Assembly: GCA_035517095.1 (NCBI GenBank)
Contig: DATIZK010000013.1
Span: forward strand, 44,348-108,347
DNA from: Burkholderiales bacterium
GTDB taxonomy: Bacteria > Pseudomonadota > Gammaproteobacteria > Burkholderiales > SG8-39
DNA: 64,000 nt
Direction: 5' to 3'
Shown: piece by piece, positions 55,601 to 64,000 of the stretch
Layout of the letters: every line of letters starts with the position of its first letter
Position numbering within the stretch: position 1 is the first letter of the stretch
Notes under the pieces: model-generated
Told to the model about the DNA's origin: nothing
The model's input: the letters and a program-made list of their open reading frames with translations, nothing else
The model's database searches: none
Translations under genes and position numbers: made by a program

Positions 55601-56293
55601 ATGCGCTACCGGCTCTACTACTGGCCCTCGATCCAGGGCCGCGGCGAATTCGTCCGCCTTGCGCTCGAGGACGCGGGCGCCGACTACGTCGACGTCGCGC
55701 GCCGGCCGGGAGGCGTGGCGCGGATGATGCGGCTGATTGAAAGCTCGTCGCTTGCCCAGCCGCCGTTCGCGCCCCCCTTTCTCGCCGCAGGCAGGCAGCT
55801 CATCGCGCAGACCGCGAACATCCTGCTCTACCTGGGTCCCCGGCTGGGCCTGGCGCCCAAGAGCGAGCCCGGGCGGCTCTGGCTGCACCAGCTTCAGCTC
55901 ACGATCGCGGACTGGGTGGTCGAGGTGCACGACGTGCATCATCCGATCGGCGGCCGCCTTTACTACGAGCAGCAAAAGCGCGAGGCGAAGCGCCGCGCGG
56001 AGGACTTCCGGATAAATCGGCTGCCGAAGTTCCTCGATTATTTCGGCGCCCTCGTCAGGCGCCGCGGCGCACGCGCCACTTACGTCGATCTGTCGCTGTT
56101 CCAGATGATCGCCGGGCTGCGCTACGCCTTCCCGCGCGCGATGGCCAGGCTCGAGCGCCGCCGCGCCTGGGCCGCGGCGCTGCACGATCGAATCGCCGCT
56201 CGCCCGCGCATCGCCGCCTACCTCGCCTCGCCGCGGCGCATCCCGTTCAACGAATCCGGAATATTCCGCCACTACGCCGAGCTCGACCGATAG
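55601..56293 (+). CDS. glutathione S-transferase family protein
   Basis: MRYRLYYWPSIQGRGEFVRLALEDAG (thioredoxin-like N-domain) plus a helical C-domain. Confidence 0.8.
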   Translation: MRYRLYYWPSIQGRGEFVRLALEDAGADYVDVARRPGGVARMMRLIESSSLAQPPFAPPFLAAGRQLIAQTANILLYLGPRLGLAPKSEPGRLWLHQLQLTIADWVVEVHDVHHPIGGRLYYEQQKREAKRRAEDFRINRLPKFLDYFGALVRRRGARATYVDLSLFQMIAGLRYAFPRAMARLERRRAWAAALHDRIAARPRIAAYLASPRRIPFNESGIFRHYAELDR

Positions 56294-56304
56294 ATAATCG
56301 GCGC

Positions 56305-57234
56305 ATGACGCAGACGAACGACGGCGCGCCCGCGCCGGTGCCGGCGAGCGTGGTGGCGCTGGCGATGACGGAATTCGCGCACCAGCCCGCGGCGGATCGG
56401 AACACGCTGCGCGCGCAGCTCGAGGCGCTCACCGGCGTGGCGTTGCAGCCGCTGGCGGCCTCCGACCGGATCGTGCTGGACGGCGGCGGTGCGCTCGCGG
56501 TGGTCGTGCTGCAAGGCCCCGCGGCGGCGCTCGCGCTCGCCGAGCGGGCCCGCGCCGCGGCGGGCGAGCTGCCGCTGCGCGTCGGCGTGGACTACGGGCC
56601 GCTGCACGCGCTCGAGGACCCGGAGCACGGCACCTGCCTGGCGGGCGAAGGCCTCGGCGCGGCGCTGGCGCTGACCGACGCCGCCGCCCCGGGCGACATG
56701 CTCGCCTCGCCGCAGTTTCGCGCCGCCCTTGCCGCCTCCTCGGCCGCGGCCGGCGCCGCGCGCGCCCAGCGCCGCTGGCGCATGGGCCTGTTCGCGGCCG
56801 CCGCGAGCGTGCTGCTCGCGCTCGGCGCGGGCGCGCGCGCGCTGCGCCCGCCGCCCGCGCCTCCGGTCAGGCCCGCGCTGCTGCAGTTCGAGATCAAGCC
56901 GCGCGGCGAGGTCATCGTCGACGGCAAGATGAAGGGCCCGACGCCGCCGCTGCTGCAGCTCGAGGTCGCTCCCGGGCCGCACACGGTCGAAGTGCGCAAC
57001 GGCGCCTTCGCGCCGCTGCAGATCGAGATGAACCTCGCCGCAGCCGAGCAGATGACGATCCGGCACGATTTCGTCGCGCCCAAGCCGGCGCCCGCCCCGC
57101 CGCACAGGAAACCGAAGAAGGAGCTTCGTAAGGAAGCGAACAAGGAGACGATGACGGAACCGAAAGAGGAGGTGGACTGGGGCGAGACCGTCAGGAGCGA
57201 TTTCGAGAACATGCGCCGCAAGCTGGGGTTCTAG
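56305..57234 (+). CDS. membrane protein: degenerate class-III cyclase-homology domain, TM helix, PEGA domain
   Basis: The N-terminal domain is collinear with adenylate/guanylate cyclase motifs, but both metal Asp positions are substituted (VVALAMTEFA, LDGGGALAVV). The TM helix is MGLFAAAASVLLALGAGA. The PEGA-like domain is LLQFEIKPRGEVIVDGKMKGPTPPLLQLEVAPGPHTVEVRN. Confidence 0.7.
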   Translation: MTQTNDGAPAPVPASVVALAMTEFAHQPAADRNTLRAQLEALTGVALQPLAASDRIVLDGGGALAVVVLQGPAAALALAERARAAAGELPLRVGVDYGPLHALEDPEHGTCLAGEGLGAALALTDAAAPGDMLASPQFRAALAASSAAAGAARAQRRWRMGLFAAAASVLLALGAGARALRPPPAPPVRPALLQFEIKPRGEVIVDGKMKGPTPPLLQLEVAPGPHTVEVRNGAFAPLQIEMNLAAAEQMTIRHDFVAPKPAPAPPHRKPKKELRKEANKETMTEPKEEVDWGETVRSDFENMRRKLGF

Positions 57235-57237
57235 GGC

Positions 57238-58335
57238 GTGGACGAGCCGCTGCCGGAACGGATCGGACGCTTTCGCGTGCTGGGCGAGCTCGGACGCGGC
57301 GCGATGGGCGTGGTGTACCGCGCCGAGGACCCCATGCTCAACCGCACGGTGGCGATCAAGACCATCCTCATGTCCTCCGACCCCGCGCTGCGCACCGAGT
57401 ACGAGGCGCGCTTCCGCCAGGAAGCGAAGGCCGCGGGCGGCCTGAACCACCCCAACCTGATCACCATCTACGACGTCGGGCGCGAGGAGGACATGGCCTA
57501 CATGGCGATGGAGCTGCTCGAGGGGGTCGAGCTGCGCGACATGATGAAGAGCGGCCGGCTCGAGCTGCCGTTCGTGCTCGAAATCCTGGCGCAGGTCGCC
57601 GACGGGCTCGCTTTCGCCCACGAGCGCGGCGTGGTGCACCGCGACGTCAAGCCGGGCAACATCATGGTGGTGGGCGGGCGGCGCGCCAAGGTGATGGACT
57701 TCGGCGTCGCGCGCATGCACGCATCGGACATCCAGACCCAGGTCGGCGCCGTGCTCGGCTCGCCCAAGTACATGTCGCCCGAGCAGGTGGCCGGCAGCCC
57801 GATCGACGGGCGCTCGGACGTGTTTTCGCTCGGCGTCATCCTGTACGAGCTGGCGGCAGGCGCGCCGCCGTTCGCCGCGCCCGACGTGGCGCAGTACATG
57901 CTGCAGATCGCCGGCGCGACGCCGACGCCGCCGAGCGTCCTGAACCCCGAGCTGCCGCAGATGCTCGACCTGATCGTCGCGCGCGCGCTGGAGAAGGATC
58001 CGGCCCGCCGCTACCAGAGCGCGGCCGACTTCGCGGCCGACCTGCGCGCCTGCCTGGGACAGCCCGGCGTGGCGGCGCGGGCCGCGCCGGCGATCGATTT
58101 CGAGCTCGATGACACCATGGTCCCGAGCCCCGCCTCCGGCCGCATGCCGTTGTCGCGCCGCTTCGACTCCGCCGCCGCGCTCGAGCGCCTCTCGGCGCTC
58201 GCCGCCGCCGGACGCGGCGCGGACGGCGCGCCGCCGCCGTTGCGCCGGCGGCTGAACGAGGACCCGTTGCTGGCACTGCTGGCCGCGGGCGTCGCGCTCG
58301 CCACGCTCGCCGCGCTGGTGGTCGCGCTGGTGTAG
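57238..58335 (+). CDS. Hanks-type Ser/Thr protein kinase, C-terminally tail-anchored
   Basis: GRGAMGVVY, VAIK, HRDVKPGNIM, DFGVAR and SPKYMSPEQ motifs. A single C-terminal TM helix (LLALLAAGVALATLAALVVALV) ends the protein. GTG start 3 nt after the upstream stop. Confidence 0.9.
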   Translation: MDEPLPERIGRFRVLGELGRGAMGVVYRAEDPMLNRTVAIKTILMSSDPALRTEYEARFRQEAKAAGGLNHPNLITIYDVGREEDMAYMAMELLEGVELRDMMKSGRLELPFVLEILAQVADGLAFAHERGVVHRDVKPGNIMVVGGRRAKVMDFGVARMHASDIQTQVGAVLGSPKYMSPEQVAGSPIDGRSDVFSLGVILYELAAGAPPFAAPDVAQYMLQIAGATPTPPSVLNPELPQMLDLIVARALEKDPARRYQSAADFAADLRACLGQPGVAARAAPAIDFELDDTMVPSPASGRMPLSRRFDSAAALERLSALAAAGRGADGAPPPLRRRLNEDPLLALLAAGVALATLAALVVALV

Positions 58336-58350
58336 GCTTCGGGCGCCGTC

Positions 58351-59673
58351 ATGCCCCGCCTCCTGCGCGACACCTTGATTTCGTTTCGCGACCTGCTCGC
58401 CACCGCCGGCCCCCTGCTGCTGCTGACCCTGGCGCTGCTGGTCGGCGCCTACCTGGTGCTCAAGCCGCAGCCGCCCAAGCACGTTGTGCTCGCGACCGGG
58501 TCCGACCAGAGCAGCTACGCCGAGCTCGGCGCGCGCTACGCCGCCGAGCTCAAGCGCAACGGCATCCGGGTGACGCTGCTGCCCACCCTCGGCTCGCTCG
58601 AGAACCTGCGCGACCTGCGCGACCCGAAGCAGAGGGTGGACTTCGGCTTCGTCAAAGGAGGCTCGAGCGCGGCGGCGCGCGTCGCCGACGAGGAGCACGG
58701 CGGCGTGCCGCTGGTGTCGCTCGGCAGCCTGTTCTACGAGCCGCTGTGGATCTTCTACCGCGCGCCGGAGCCGCTCGCGGACCTCGGCGCCTTGCGCGGC
58801 CTGCGCGTGAACCTCGGCGCGCGCGGCAGCGGCACGCCGGGGCTGATGCGCAAGCTGCTAGAGGCGAACGGCATCGACCGCGACAGCCTGCGCGCGACCT
58901 ACCTCGACCTCACGCCCGCGGTGGTGGCGCTGCTCGGCGGCGAGACCGATCTCGTCGCGTTCACCTCGGCGCCGGAAGCCGCGATGGTGCAGATGCTGCT
59001 CCAGACGCCCGGCGTGAGGCTGCTGGAGTTTCCCCAGGCCGAGGCCTACGCGCGGCGCTTTCCGTTTCTGAGCGCGGTCGTGCTGCCGCGCGGCGTGGCC
59101 GACCTGGCGCACGACGTCCCGCCGCACGACGTGCCGCTGATCGCGACCACCACCTCGCTGCTCGCGCGCGCGGATACGCACCCGGCGCTGGTGCAGCTTT
59201 TCGTCCAGGCCGCGGCGCGCATCCACGGCGGCGCCGGCTGGATCGTGCCGGCGGGGCGCTTCCCTTCGCCGCAGAGCACCGAGTTCCCGCTCGCACCGGA
59301 GGCCGAGCGCTACTACCGCAGCGGCCCGCCGCTGCTGCAGCGCTACCTGCCGTTTTGGCTCGCGAACCTGATCGACCGCATGTGGGTGGCGCTGTTCTCG
59401 ATCGTCGCGGTGCTGATCCCGCTCTCGCGCGTGGTGCCGCCGGTGTACCGGTTCCGCATCCGCTCGCGCATCTTCCGCTGGTACCGGCAGCTGCGCCAGA
59501 TCGAGGACCGCCTGGGCCGCGCCGAGGCGCCGCCCGCGCAGCTGCTCGGCGAGCTCGACCGGCTGGAAGCCAAGGCGCGCGGCATCGCGGTGCCGCTGTC
59601 GCACACCGACGAGCTGTACGAGCTGCGCAGCCATATCGCCCTGGTGCGAGCACGGCTGCAGCAGAATTCCTAG
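58351..59673 (+). CDS. TAXI/NMT1-like solute-binding domain protein flanked by N- and C-terminal TM helices
   Basis: N-terminal TM, then a TAXI-like SBP region (VLATGSDQSSYAELGARYAAELKRNGIRVTLLPTLGSLENLRDL...FVKGG). A TM helix (MWVALFSIVAVLIPL) and an Arg-rich helical tail follow. Confidence 0.72.
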   Translation: MPRLLRDTLISFRDLLATAGPLLLLTLALLVGAYLVLKPQPPKHVVLATGSDQSSYAELGARYAAELKRNGIRVTLLPTLGSLENLRDLRDPKQRVDFGFVKGGSSAAARVADEEHGGVPLVSLGSLFYEPLWIFYRAPEPLADLGALRGLRVNLGARGSGTPGLMRKLLEANGIDRDSLRATYLDLTPAVVALLGGETDLVAFTSAPEAAMVQMLLQTPGVRLLEFPQAEAYARRFPFLSAVVLPRGVADLAHDVPPHDVPLIATTTSLLARADTHPALVQLFVQAAARIHGGAGWIVPAGRFPSPQSTEFPLAPEAERYYRSGPPLLQRYLPFWLANLIDRMWVALFSIVAVLIPLSRVVPPVYRFRIRSRIFRWYRQLRQIEDRLGRAEAPPAQLLGELDRLEAKARGIAVPLSHTDELYELRSHIALVRARLQQNS

Positions 59674-59687
59674 CAGGGAGGGCGCCG

Positions 59688-60449
59688 ATGTTCGATCTGG
59701 GCGGAAAAGTTGCAGTGGTCACCGGCGGCAACGGCGGCATCGGACTCGGGATTGCGCGCGGCCTCGCCGGCGCAGGCGCCAGGGTGGTGGTCGCGGCGCG
59801 CAACGCGAAGAAATCGGCGGCTGCGGCGGCCGAGCTGCAGGCGCTGGGTGCCGGCGGCGCGCTCGCGCTCGAGTGCGACGTCACCGACGAGAAGGCGGTC
59901 GGCGCGCTGTTCGACGCGGTCGCCGCCCGCTGCGGCCGGCTCGACATCCTGGTCAACAACGCCGGCACCAACATCAGGAAGCCGCCGCAGGCTCTGTCGC
60001 TCGCCGAGTGGCGCGAGGTGATCGACACCAACCTCACCAGCGCGTACCTGTGCTCGCACGCGGCCTACCCGCTGCTGAAGCGGGCCGGGCGCGGCAAGCT
60101 GATCAACATCGGCTCGATGCTATCGATCTTCGGCGCCGGCTTCGCCCCCGCCTACGCCGCGAGCAAGGGCGGCATCGTGCAGCTCACCAGGGCCTGCGCC
60201 TCGGCCTGGGCCGCGGACAACATCCAGGTCAACGCGATCCTGCCGGGCTGGATCGACACCGAGCTGACAGTGAAGGCGCGCGCGCAGATACCAGGCCTGC
60301 ACGACAGCGTGCTCAAGCGCACCCCGGCCGCGCGCTGGGGCGCGATCGACGACTTTCGCGGCATCGCGGTGTTTCTCGCCGCGCCGGCGTCGGACTTCGT
60401 CACCGGCGCCGCGATCCCGGTCGACGGCGGCTACTCGATCCAGGCCTGA
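59688..60449 (+). CDS. SDR family oxidoreductase
   Basis: VTGGNGGIGLG (TGxxxGxG), NNAG and YAASK (YxxxK) motifs. An AGGGAGGG RBS is present. Confidence 0.92.
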   Translation: MFDLGGKVAVVTGGNGGIGLGIARGLAGAGARVVVAARNAKKSAAAAAELQALGAGGALALECDVTDEKAVGALFDAVAARCGRLDILVNNAGTNIRKPPQALSLAEWREVIDTNLTSAYLCSHAAYPLLKRAGRGKLINIGSMLSIFGAGFAPAYAASKGGIVQLTRACASAWAADNIQVNAILPGWIDTELTVKARAQIPGLHDSVLKRTPAARWGAIDDFRGIAVFLAAPASDFVTGAAIPVDGGYSIQA

Positions 60450-60474
60450 GCCCGCCGCCGCCCCGCGCGCAGGC

Positions 60475-60954
60475 TCAGCGCACGACGATGCCATCGTGCA
60501 CGTCGCGCACGCCGTCGACGCTCGAAGCTATCTTCAGCGCTTGCGCCCGCAGCGTCGGGTTGTCGACGAAGCCCGACAGCAGCACGCGTCCGTGGTCGGT
60601 CTGCACGCTTATGTCGAAGCCCTTGAGCTGCTCATGCTCGACCAGCGCGGCCTTGACCTTGGCCGTGATCACGCTGTCGTCGACGTATTTTCCGAGCCGG
60701 ATGCGGTCGTAAATCGCCCCTGCCTTGACGAATTCGTCGCGGTCGAGCTTGCCATCGTGGTTGGCGTCGGCCTCGTCGAACGCCTTGCCGAATCCTTCCA
60801 GCTTGGCGGTTTCCGCTTTCGAGAGATAGCCGTCGTGGTTCGCGTCGAGCGCGGCAAAGTCGCCGGCACGGCCGTTGGCCGCGGCCGCGGCGGGCAGCGC
60901 AGCCAGCGCCAGGGCCGCGGCGAGGATCGCATGGTTGGTCAGCTGTCGTCTCAT
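60475..60954 (-). CDS. periplasmic EF-hand (x2) + BON domain protein
   Basis: Signal peptide, two Ca-binding loops (DANHDGYLSKAE, DANHDGKLDRDE) and a C-terminal BON domain (ISVQTDHGRVLLSGFVDNPTLRAQALKIASSVDGVRDVHDGI). Confidence 0.82.
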   Translation of the reverse strand: MRRQLTNHAILAAALALAALPAAAAANGRAGDFAALDANHDGYLSKAETAKLEGFGKAFDEADANHDGKLDRDEFVKAGAIYDRIRLGKYVDDSVITAKVKAALVEHEQLKGFDISVQTDHGRVLLSGFVDNPTLRAQALKIASSVDGVRDVHDGIVVR

Positions 60955-61185
60955 CGCTTGCTCCTTTCACGAGTTGATACGGCACGGGGGCCTTGTGAGC
61001 CCCCGCAGCGCTATAAAGGCAATCGCCGTGCCAGGAGAAGGGAAACTTCGCGCGATCAGCCAGTTAACTCGATTGAGGAGGTTTGCCGAAACCCCGGGAC
61101 TTGTCGCCTCAGGGCGACGCGCGGCGCCGCGGGTACTGTCACGAAAGCGTTTTCTGCGTCGCTTAATCGGGACAGTCCGCCCGGC

Positions 61186-62013
61186 TCAGCCGCCCAGGGC
61201 CGCCAGGTCGTCCGCGCCGAGCGCAAGGGCCGCAGCGCGCATGTTCTCCTCCAGGTGCGCGAGCGACGCGGTGCCCGGGATCGGCAGCACGAGCGGCGAG
61301 CGCGCGAGCAGCCAGGCGAGCGCGACCTGGGCCGGGGTCGCGCCGTGGCGCGCCGCGACCTTCTTCACCCGCGCCGAGCGCAGGCTGCTGCCCGCGCCGA
61401 GCGGGTACCAGGGCAGGAAGGCGATGCCCAGGCGCTCGCAGGCGGCGAGCACCTTGTCCGAGGCGCGGTCCTCCAGGTTGTAGCGGTTCTGCACCGACAC
61501 GATCGGCGCGATGCGGCGCGCCTGCTCGAGCTGCGCCACCGAGACGTTCGACAGGCCGAGGTGGCGAATCTTGCCCGCGCGCTGCAGCTCGGCCAGGCAG
61601 CCGACCGAGTCGGCGAACGGCACCTTCGGGTCGGGCGCGTGCAGCTGGTACAGGTCGATGCGCTCGAGCTTCAGACGCGCCAGGCTGCCCTCGAGCGCGC
61701 GCCGCAGGTGCTCGGGCCGCCCGTCCGGGTCCCAGGCGCGGCGCGTCGGGCGCACCAGGCCGCCCTTGGTCGCGATCACCAGGCCGGCGGGATAGGGATG
61801 CAGCGCCTCGGCGATCAGCGTCTCGTCGACCTGCGGGCCGTAGCTGTCGGCGGTATCGATGAAGTCCACCCCCAGCTCGAGCGCGCGCCGCAGCACGCGG
61901 TGCGCCGCGGCGCGGTCCTTCGGCGGCCCCCACACGTCGGGGCCGCACACGCGCATCGCACCGAAGCCCAGGCGGCGCACCTGCAGGTCGCCGAGCGCGA
62001 GCATCGCCTGCAT
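61186..62013 (-). CDS. aldo/keto reductase
   Basis: GFGAMR...FIDTADSYG...DLYQLH...LGLSN...QNRYN are the AKR catalytic and family motifs. Confidence 0.9.
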   Translation of the reverse strand: MQAMLALGDLQVRRLGFGAMRVCGPDVWGPPKDRAAAHRVLRRALELGVDFIDTADSYGPQVDETLIAEALHPYPAGLVIATKGGLVRPTRRAWDPDGRPEHLRRALEGSLARLKLERIDLYQLHAPDPKVPFADSVGCLAELQRAGKIRHLGLSNVSVAQLEQARRIAPIVSVQNRYNLEDRASDKVLAACERLGIAFLPWYPLGAGSSLRSARVKKVAARHGATPAQVALAWLLARSPLVLPIPGTASLAHLEENMRAAALALGADDLAALGG

Positions 62014-62022
62014 CGACTTCGC

Positions 62023-62490
62023 TCAGCCGCTCTTCGCGGGCGGCGGCGCGCCCTTGACCTGGAGCGTCGAGACCACGTCGCGCACACCGTCGGTTTCGAG
62101 CGCGAGCAGCATCGCCTTGCCGATCTGGTCCGCCGAGGCCACCGTGCCGGACAGGGTCACGCGCCCGTTGGTGGTGTTGACCGAGACGTCGAGCGCCGAC
62201 AGCTCGGGGTCGGCGAGCAGCTTGCGCTTGACCTCGGCGGTGATGCGCGCATCGGTGGCCGCGTCGCTGGCGGCCTGCCCGACCTCGCGCGCCGTGCGCC
62301 GCGCCACCTCGCCCTTCTGCTTCAGCTCCTCGCGCACCTCGTCCGCGGTGAGCTGCAGCGCCTCGAGCTTGGCCGCCAGCGCCTGCCGCGCCTGCTGCAC
62401 CGGCTGCTGCACCGGCTGCTGCATGACGTACCAGTAGCCCGCCGCGCCGAGGATGATCCCCAGCAGGAAGGCTATGAACAAGTTCTTCAT
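62023..62490 (-). CDS. membrane-anchored BON domain protein
   Basis: N-terminal TM (MKNLFIAFLLGIILGAAGYWYV), a helical linker, then a BON domain (LDVSVNTTNGRVTLSGTVASADQIGKAMLLALETDGVRDVVSTL). Confidence 0.8.
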   Translation of the reverse strand: MKNLFIAFLLGIILGAAGYWYVMQQPVQQPVQQARQALAAKLEALQLTADEVREELKQKGEVARRTAREVGQAASDAATDARITAEVKRKLLADPELSALDVSVNTTNGRVTLSGTVASADQIGKAMLLALETDGVRDVVSTLQVKGAPPPAKSG

Positions 62491-62561
62491 GCACGACCTC
62501 CTGCGGACCAATCTTACCGATCGCCGTCAAAGCGATCTACCGCACGAGGCTGCGCCTGCGC

Positions 62562-63047
62562 TCAGCGCGAAGGCGGCGGAGGCGGCGGGGCGTAGCTGCG
62601 CGCGGGCGCCTGCTGCATTCCGCCGTAGACCGGGACGCGATTGCCTTTGGCGTACATGCACTGCACGTACGCGGTGTCGTAGCGCTGCTGCAGATTTCCC
62701 GCCGAGGCCTGCGCCGCGCCGGTGCCGGCGAGCGCGCCGACCGCGAGCCCGGCGCCGGCGCCGCTGCCGGCGCCTTCGTGCCCGCCCATCAGCGCGCCGG
62801 CCGCCGCGCCGACCGCGGCGCCGACCGCCGCGCTCTTCACGCCGCTCTCGGTCGCCGCCTGCTGCGCGTTGCTGCCGCCGATCGAGGCCTTGGCGAACTG
62901 CTTGCAGCCGTAATCGTCGAGCTGGAACTGGTCGAAGCTCTTGCCGCTGCCGGGCAGCACCATCACGCTCGGACCCTCCGGCACCGTCACGCAGGCCGCG
63001 AGCAGGAGCGCGGCGCCGAGCGCCGCGTATTGTGTTTTGAGCTTCAT
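62562..63047 (-). CDS. glycine-zipper lipoprotein
   Basis: Lipobox LLAAC-V and a glycine-zipper segment (AAVGAAVGAAAGALMGG...GAGAGLAVGALAGTGA). The start is taken at ATG 63047. Confidence 0.78.
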   Translation of the reverse strand: MKLKTQYAALGAALLLAACVTVPEGPSVMVLPGSGKSFDQFQLDDYGCKQFAKASIGGSNAQQAATESGVKSAAVGAAVGAAAGALMGGHEGAGSGAGAGLAVGALAGTGAAQASAGNLQQRYDTAYVQCMYAKGNRVPVYGGMQQAPARSYAPPPPPPSR

Positions 63048-63060
63048 CGCCGTCTCCGGG

Positions 63061-63438
63061 TCACTGCGCCGGTGGCGTGGGGCTGACCCGCTCCCACCCG
63101 CCCGGGCACTGCTTGACATAGGGATAGTATGCATTCGATTGACGGCAGAAATACCACCAGTTCTGCGCCGCCGGAGCTTGCCCGGACTGTTCGCCCTGCT
63201 CGACGTACACCGGCGGTGACTGCGGCACCACCACGGTAGGCGGATAGTAATACGGCGGGTAGTAGTACGGCGCGTCCCAGTACAGCGGTCCGCCGAGATA
63301 GAGGCCGAAGTTCACACGGCCATGCCCGTGCCAGCCGCCGTGCCAGCCGCCGTGGCCGTGGTACGCGTTGGCCGGCCCCGCTACCAGGGCGGCGCACAAT
63401 GCAGATGCCGCAATCCAGCCCGTTTTCGTGAATCGCAT
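63061..63438 (-). CDS. secreted His/Gly- and Tyr/Pro-rich small protein with a C-terminal C-x-YYPYV-x-x-CPGGW motif
   Basis: Signal peptide, then YHGHGGWHGGWHGHG, then YYYPPYYYPP, then WWYFCRQSNAYYPYVKQCPGGWERV. Confidence 0.7.
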   Translation of the reverse strand: MRFTKTGWIAASALCAALVAGPANAYHGHGGWHGGWHGHGRVNFGLYLGGPLYWDAPYYYPPYYYPPTVVVPQSPPVYVEQGEQSGQAPAAQNWWYFCRQSNAYYPYVKQCPGGWERVSPTPPAQ

Positions 63439-63550
63439 CGTCGACCTCCAATGCGCCTGTCAGAGCACAAATGATAGACCCGATACCGCGCCGATGGTTC
63501 TGTGCGCAGGTAAAGATATGTCTCTGCGCGCAGCCGGCGCAGCGCGACAA

Positions 63551-64000
63551 CTAGGCTGCGAGCCGCAGCGGCAGCGAGCGCAGGCGGCGCCCGGTGAGGC
63601 GGAACAGGGCGTTCGCCACCGCCGGCGCGATCGGCGGGGTGGCCACCTCGCCCACCCCGCCCGGCGGCGCGTCGCTCGGCACCAGGTGGGTGTCGATGCG
63701 CGGCGTGCCCGCCAGCGTCAGCATCGGGTACTGCGGAAAGCTCTGCTGCTCGACGCGGCCGGCGTTGATCGTAATCTCGCCGTACAGCGCGGCGGTGAGC
63801 CCGAACACGATGGCGCTCTCCATCTGCTGCGCCACGATCTCCGGGTTGACCGCCGTGCCGCAGTCGAGCGCGCACACCACCCTGTGCACGCGGATCTCCC
63901 CCTGCGCGAGCGATACCTCGGCGACCTGCGCCACGATCGAGCCGAAGCACTCGTGCAGCGCGATGCCGTGCGCGCGTCCCGGCCCCACCCTTCCCCACTG
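63551..64000 (-). CDS. second IorB-type molybdopterin subunit (C-terminal part only; gene runs off the window)
   Basis: ...GRAHGIALHECFGSIVAQVAEVS...NPEIVAQQMESAIVFGL...GVGEVATPPIAPAVANALFRLTGRRLRSLPL is collinear with residues ~560-705 of the 14380..16497 product. The frame is open to position 64000. Confidence 0.85.
   Translation of the reverse strand, partial: QWGRVGPGRAHGIALHECFGSIVAQVAEVSLAQGEIRVHRVVCALDCGTAVNPEIVAQQMESAIVFGLTAALYGEITINAGRVEQQSFPQYPMLTLAGTPRIDTHLVPSDAPPGGVGEVATPPIAPAVANALFRLTGRRLRSLPLRLAA

Noticed and set aside
62391-62423. Tandem 15-bp repeat (CTGCTGCACCGGCTG x2) inside the BON-domain gene, and the HGGW / YYYPP repeats at 63230-63360.
   Set aside because: These are in-frame low-complexity coding repeats (QQPVQQPVQQ; HGGWHGGW; YYYPPYYYPP), not independent DNA elements.

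Overview
This is a high-GC segment (about 68-70% by eye) of a densely coded bacterial chromosome. The gene content looks proteobacterial, Beta/Gamma-like (GlnRS, HtpG, AlgZ/AlgR-type LytTR two-component system), but the taxon cannot be fixed from sequence alone. I support about 75 protein-coding genes, two pseudogenes with internal deletions, and a few candidate regulatory sites. I saw no rRNA, tRNA, CRISPR array, transposase, integrase or phage genes. Genes are tightly packed. Many same-strand neighbours overlap start on stop (ATGA/GTGA at 11284-11287, 29576-29579, 32341-32344, 32934-32937, 36520-36523, 39952-39955, 49402-49405, 50474-50477). Four convergent pairs share or abut stop codons. 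Most of the window is ordinary metabolism and stress genes: NUDIX, FGE-like, AraC, racemase, VOC/GFA/SnoaL/SRPBCC small proteins, IorAB-type Mo-hydroxylase, TauD, HtpG, D-aminoacylase, MgtC, GGDEF, cardiolipin synthase, K+ channel, GlnRS, GDPD, HppD, acyl-CoA synthetase, GST, SDR and AKR. The stand-out region is 40889-46757. It is a five-gene c-type cytochrome island with 21 CXXCH motifs. It encodes a 9-haem domain fused to a multi-TM b-type-like membrane domain (CbcL-like), two paralogous four-domain c4-like tetrahaem proteins (one a lipoprotein), a c7-like trihaem protein and an uncharacterised 4-TM monohaem protein. Two FNR/CRP-type boxes lie upstream, and no recognisable terminal enzyme or outer-membrane conduit is present in the window. 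Secondary points of interest are: a pseudo-cyclase/PEGA, tail-anchored Ser/Thr kinase and TM-flanked TAXI-like binding protein operon; a MocR regulator translationally coupled to DUF1326-DUF2182; tandem ferritin-like paralogs behind a Fur-like box; a ~55% GC islet carrying one SRPBCC gene; and several decayed or truncated genes. All family assignments come from motif recognition by eye. No database search was run.
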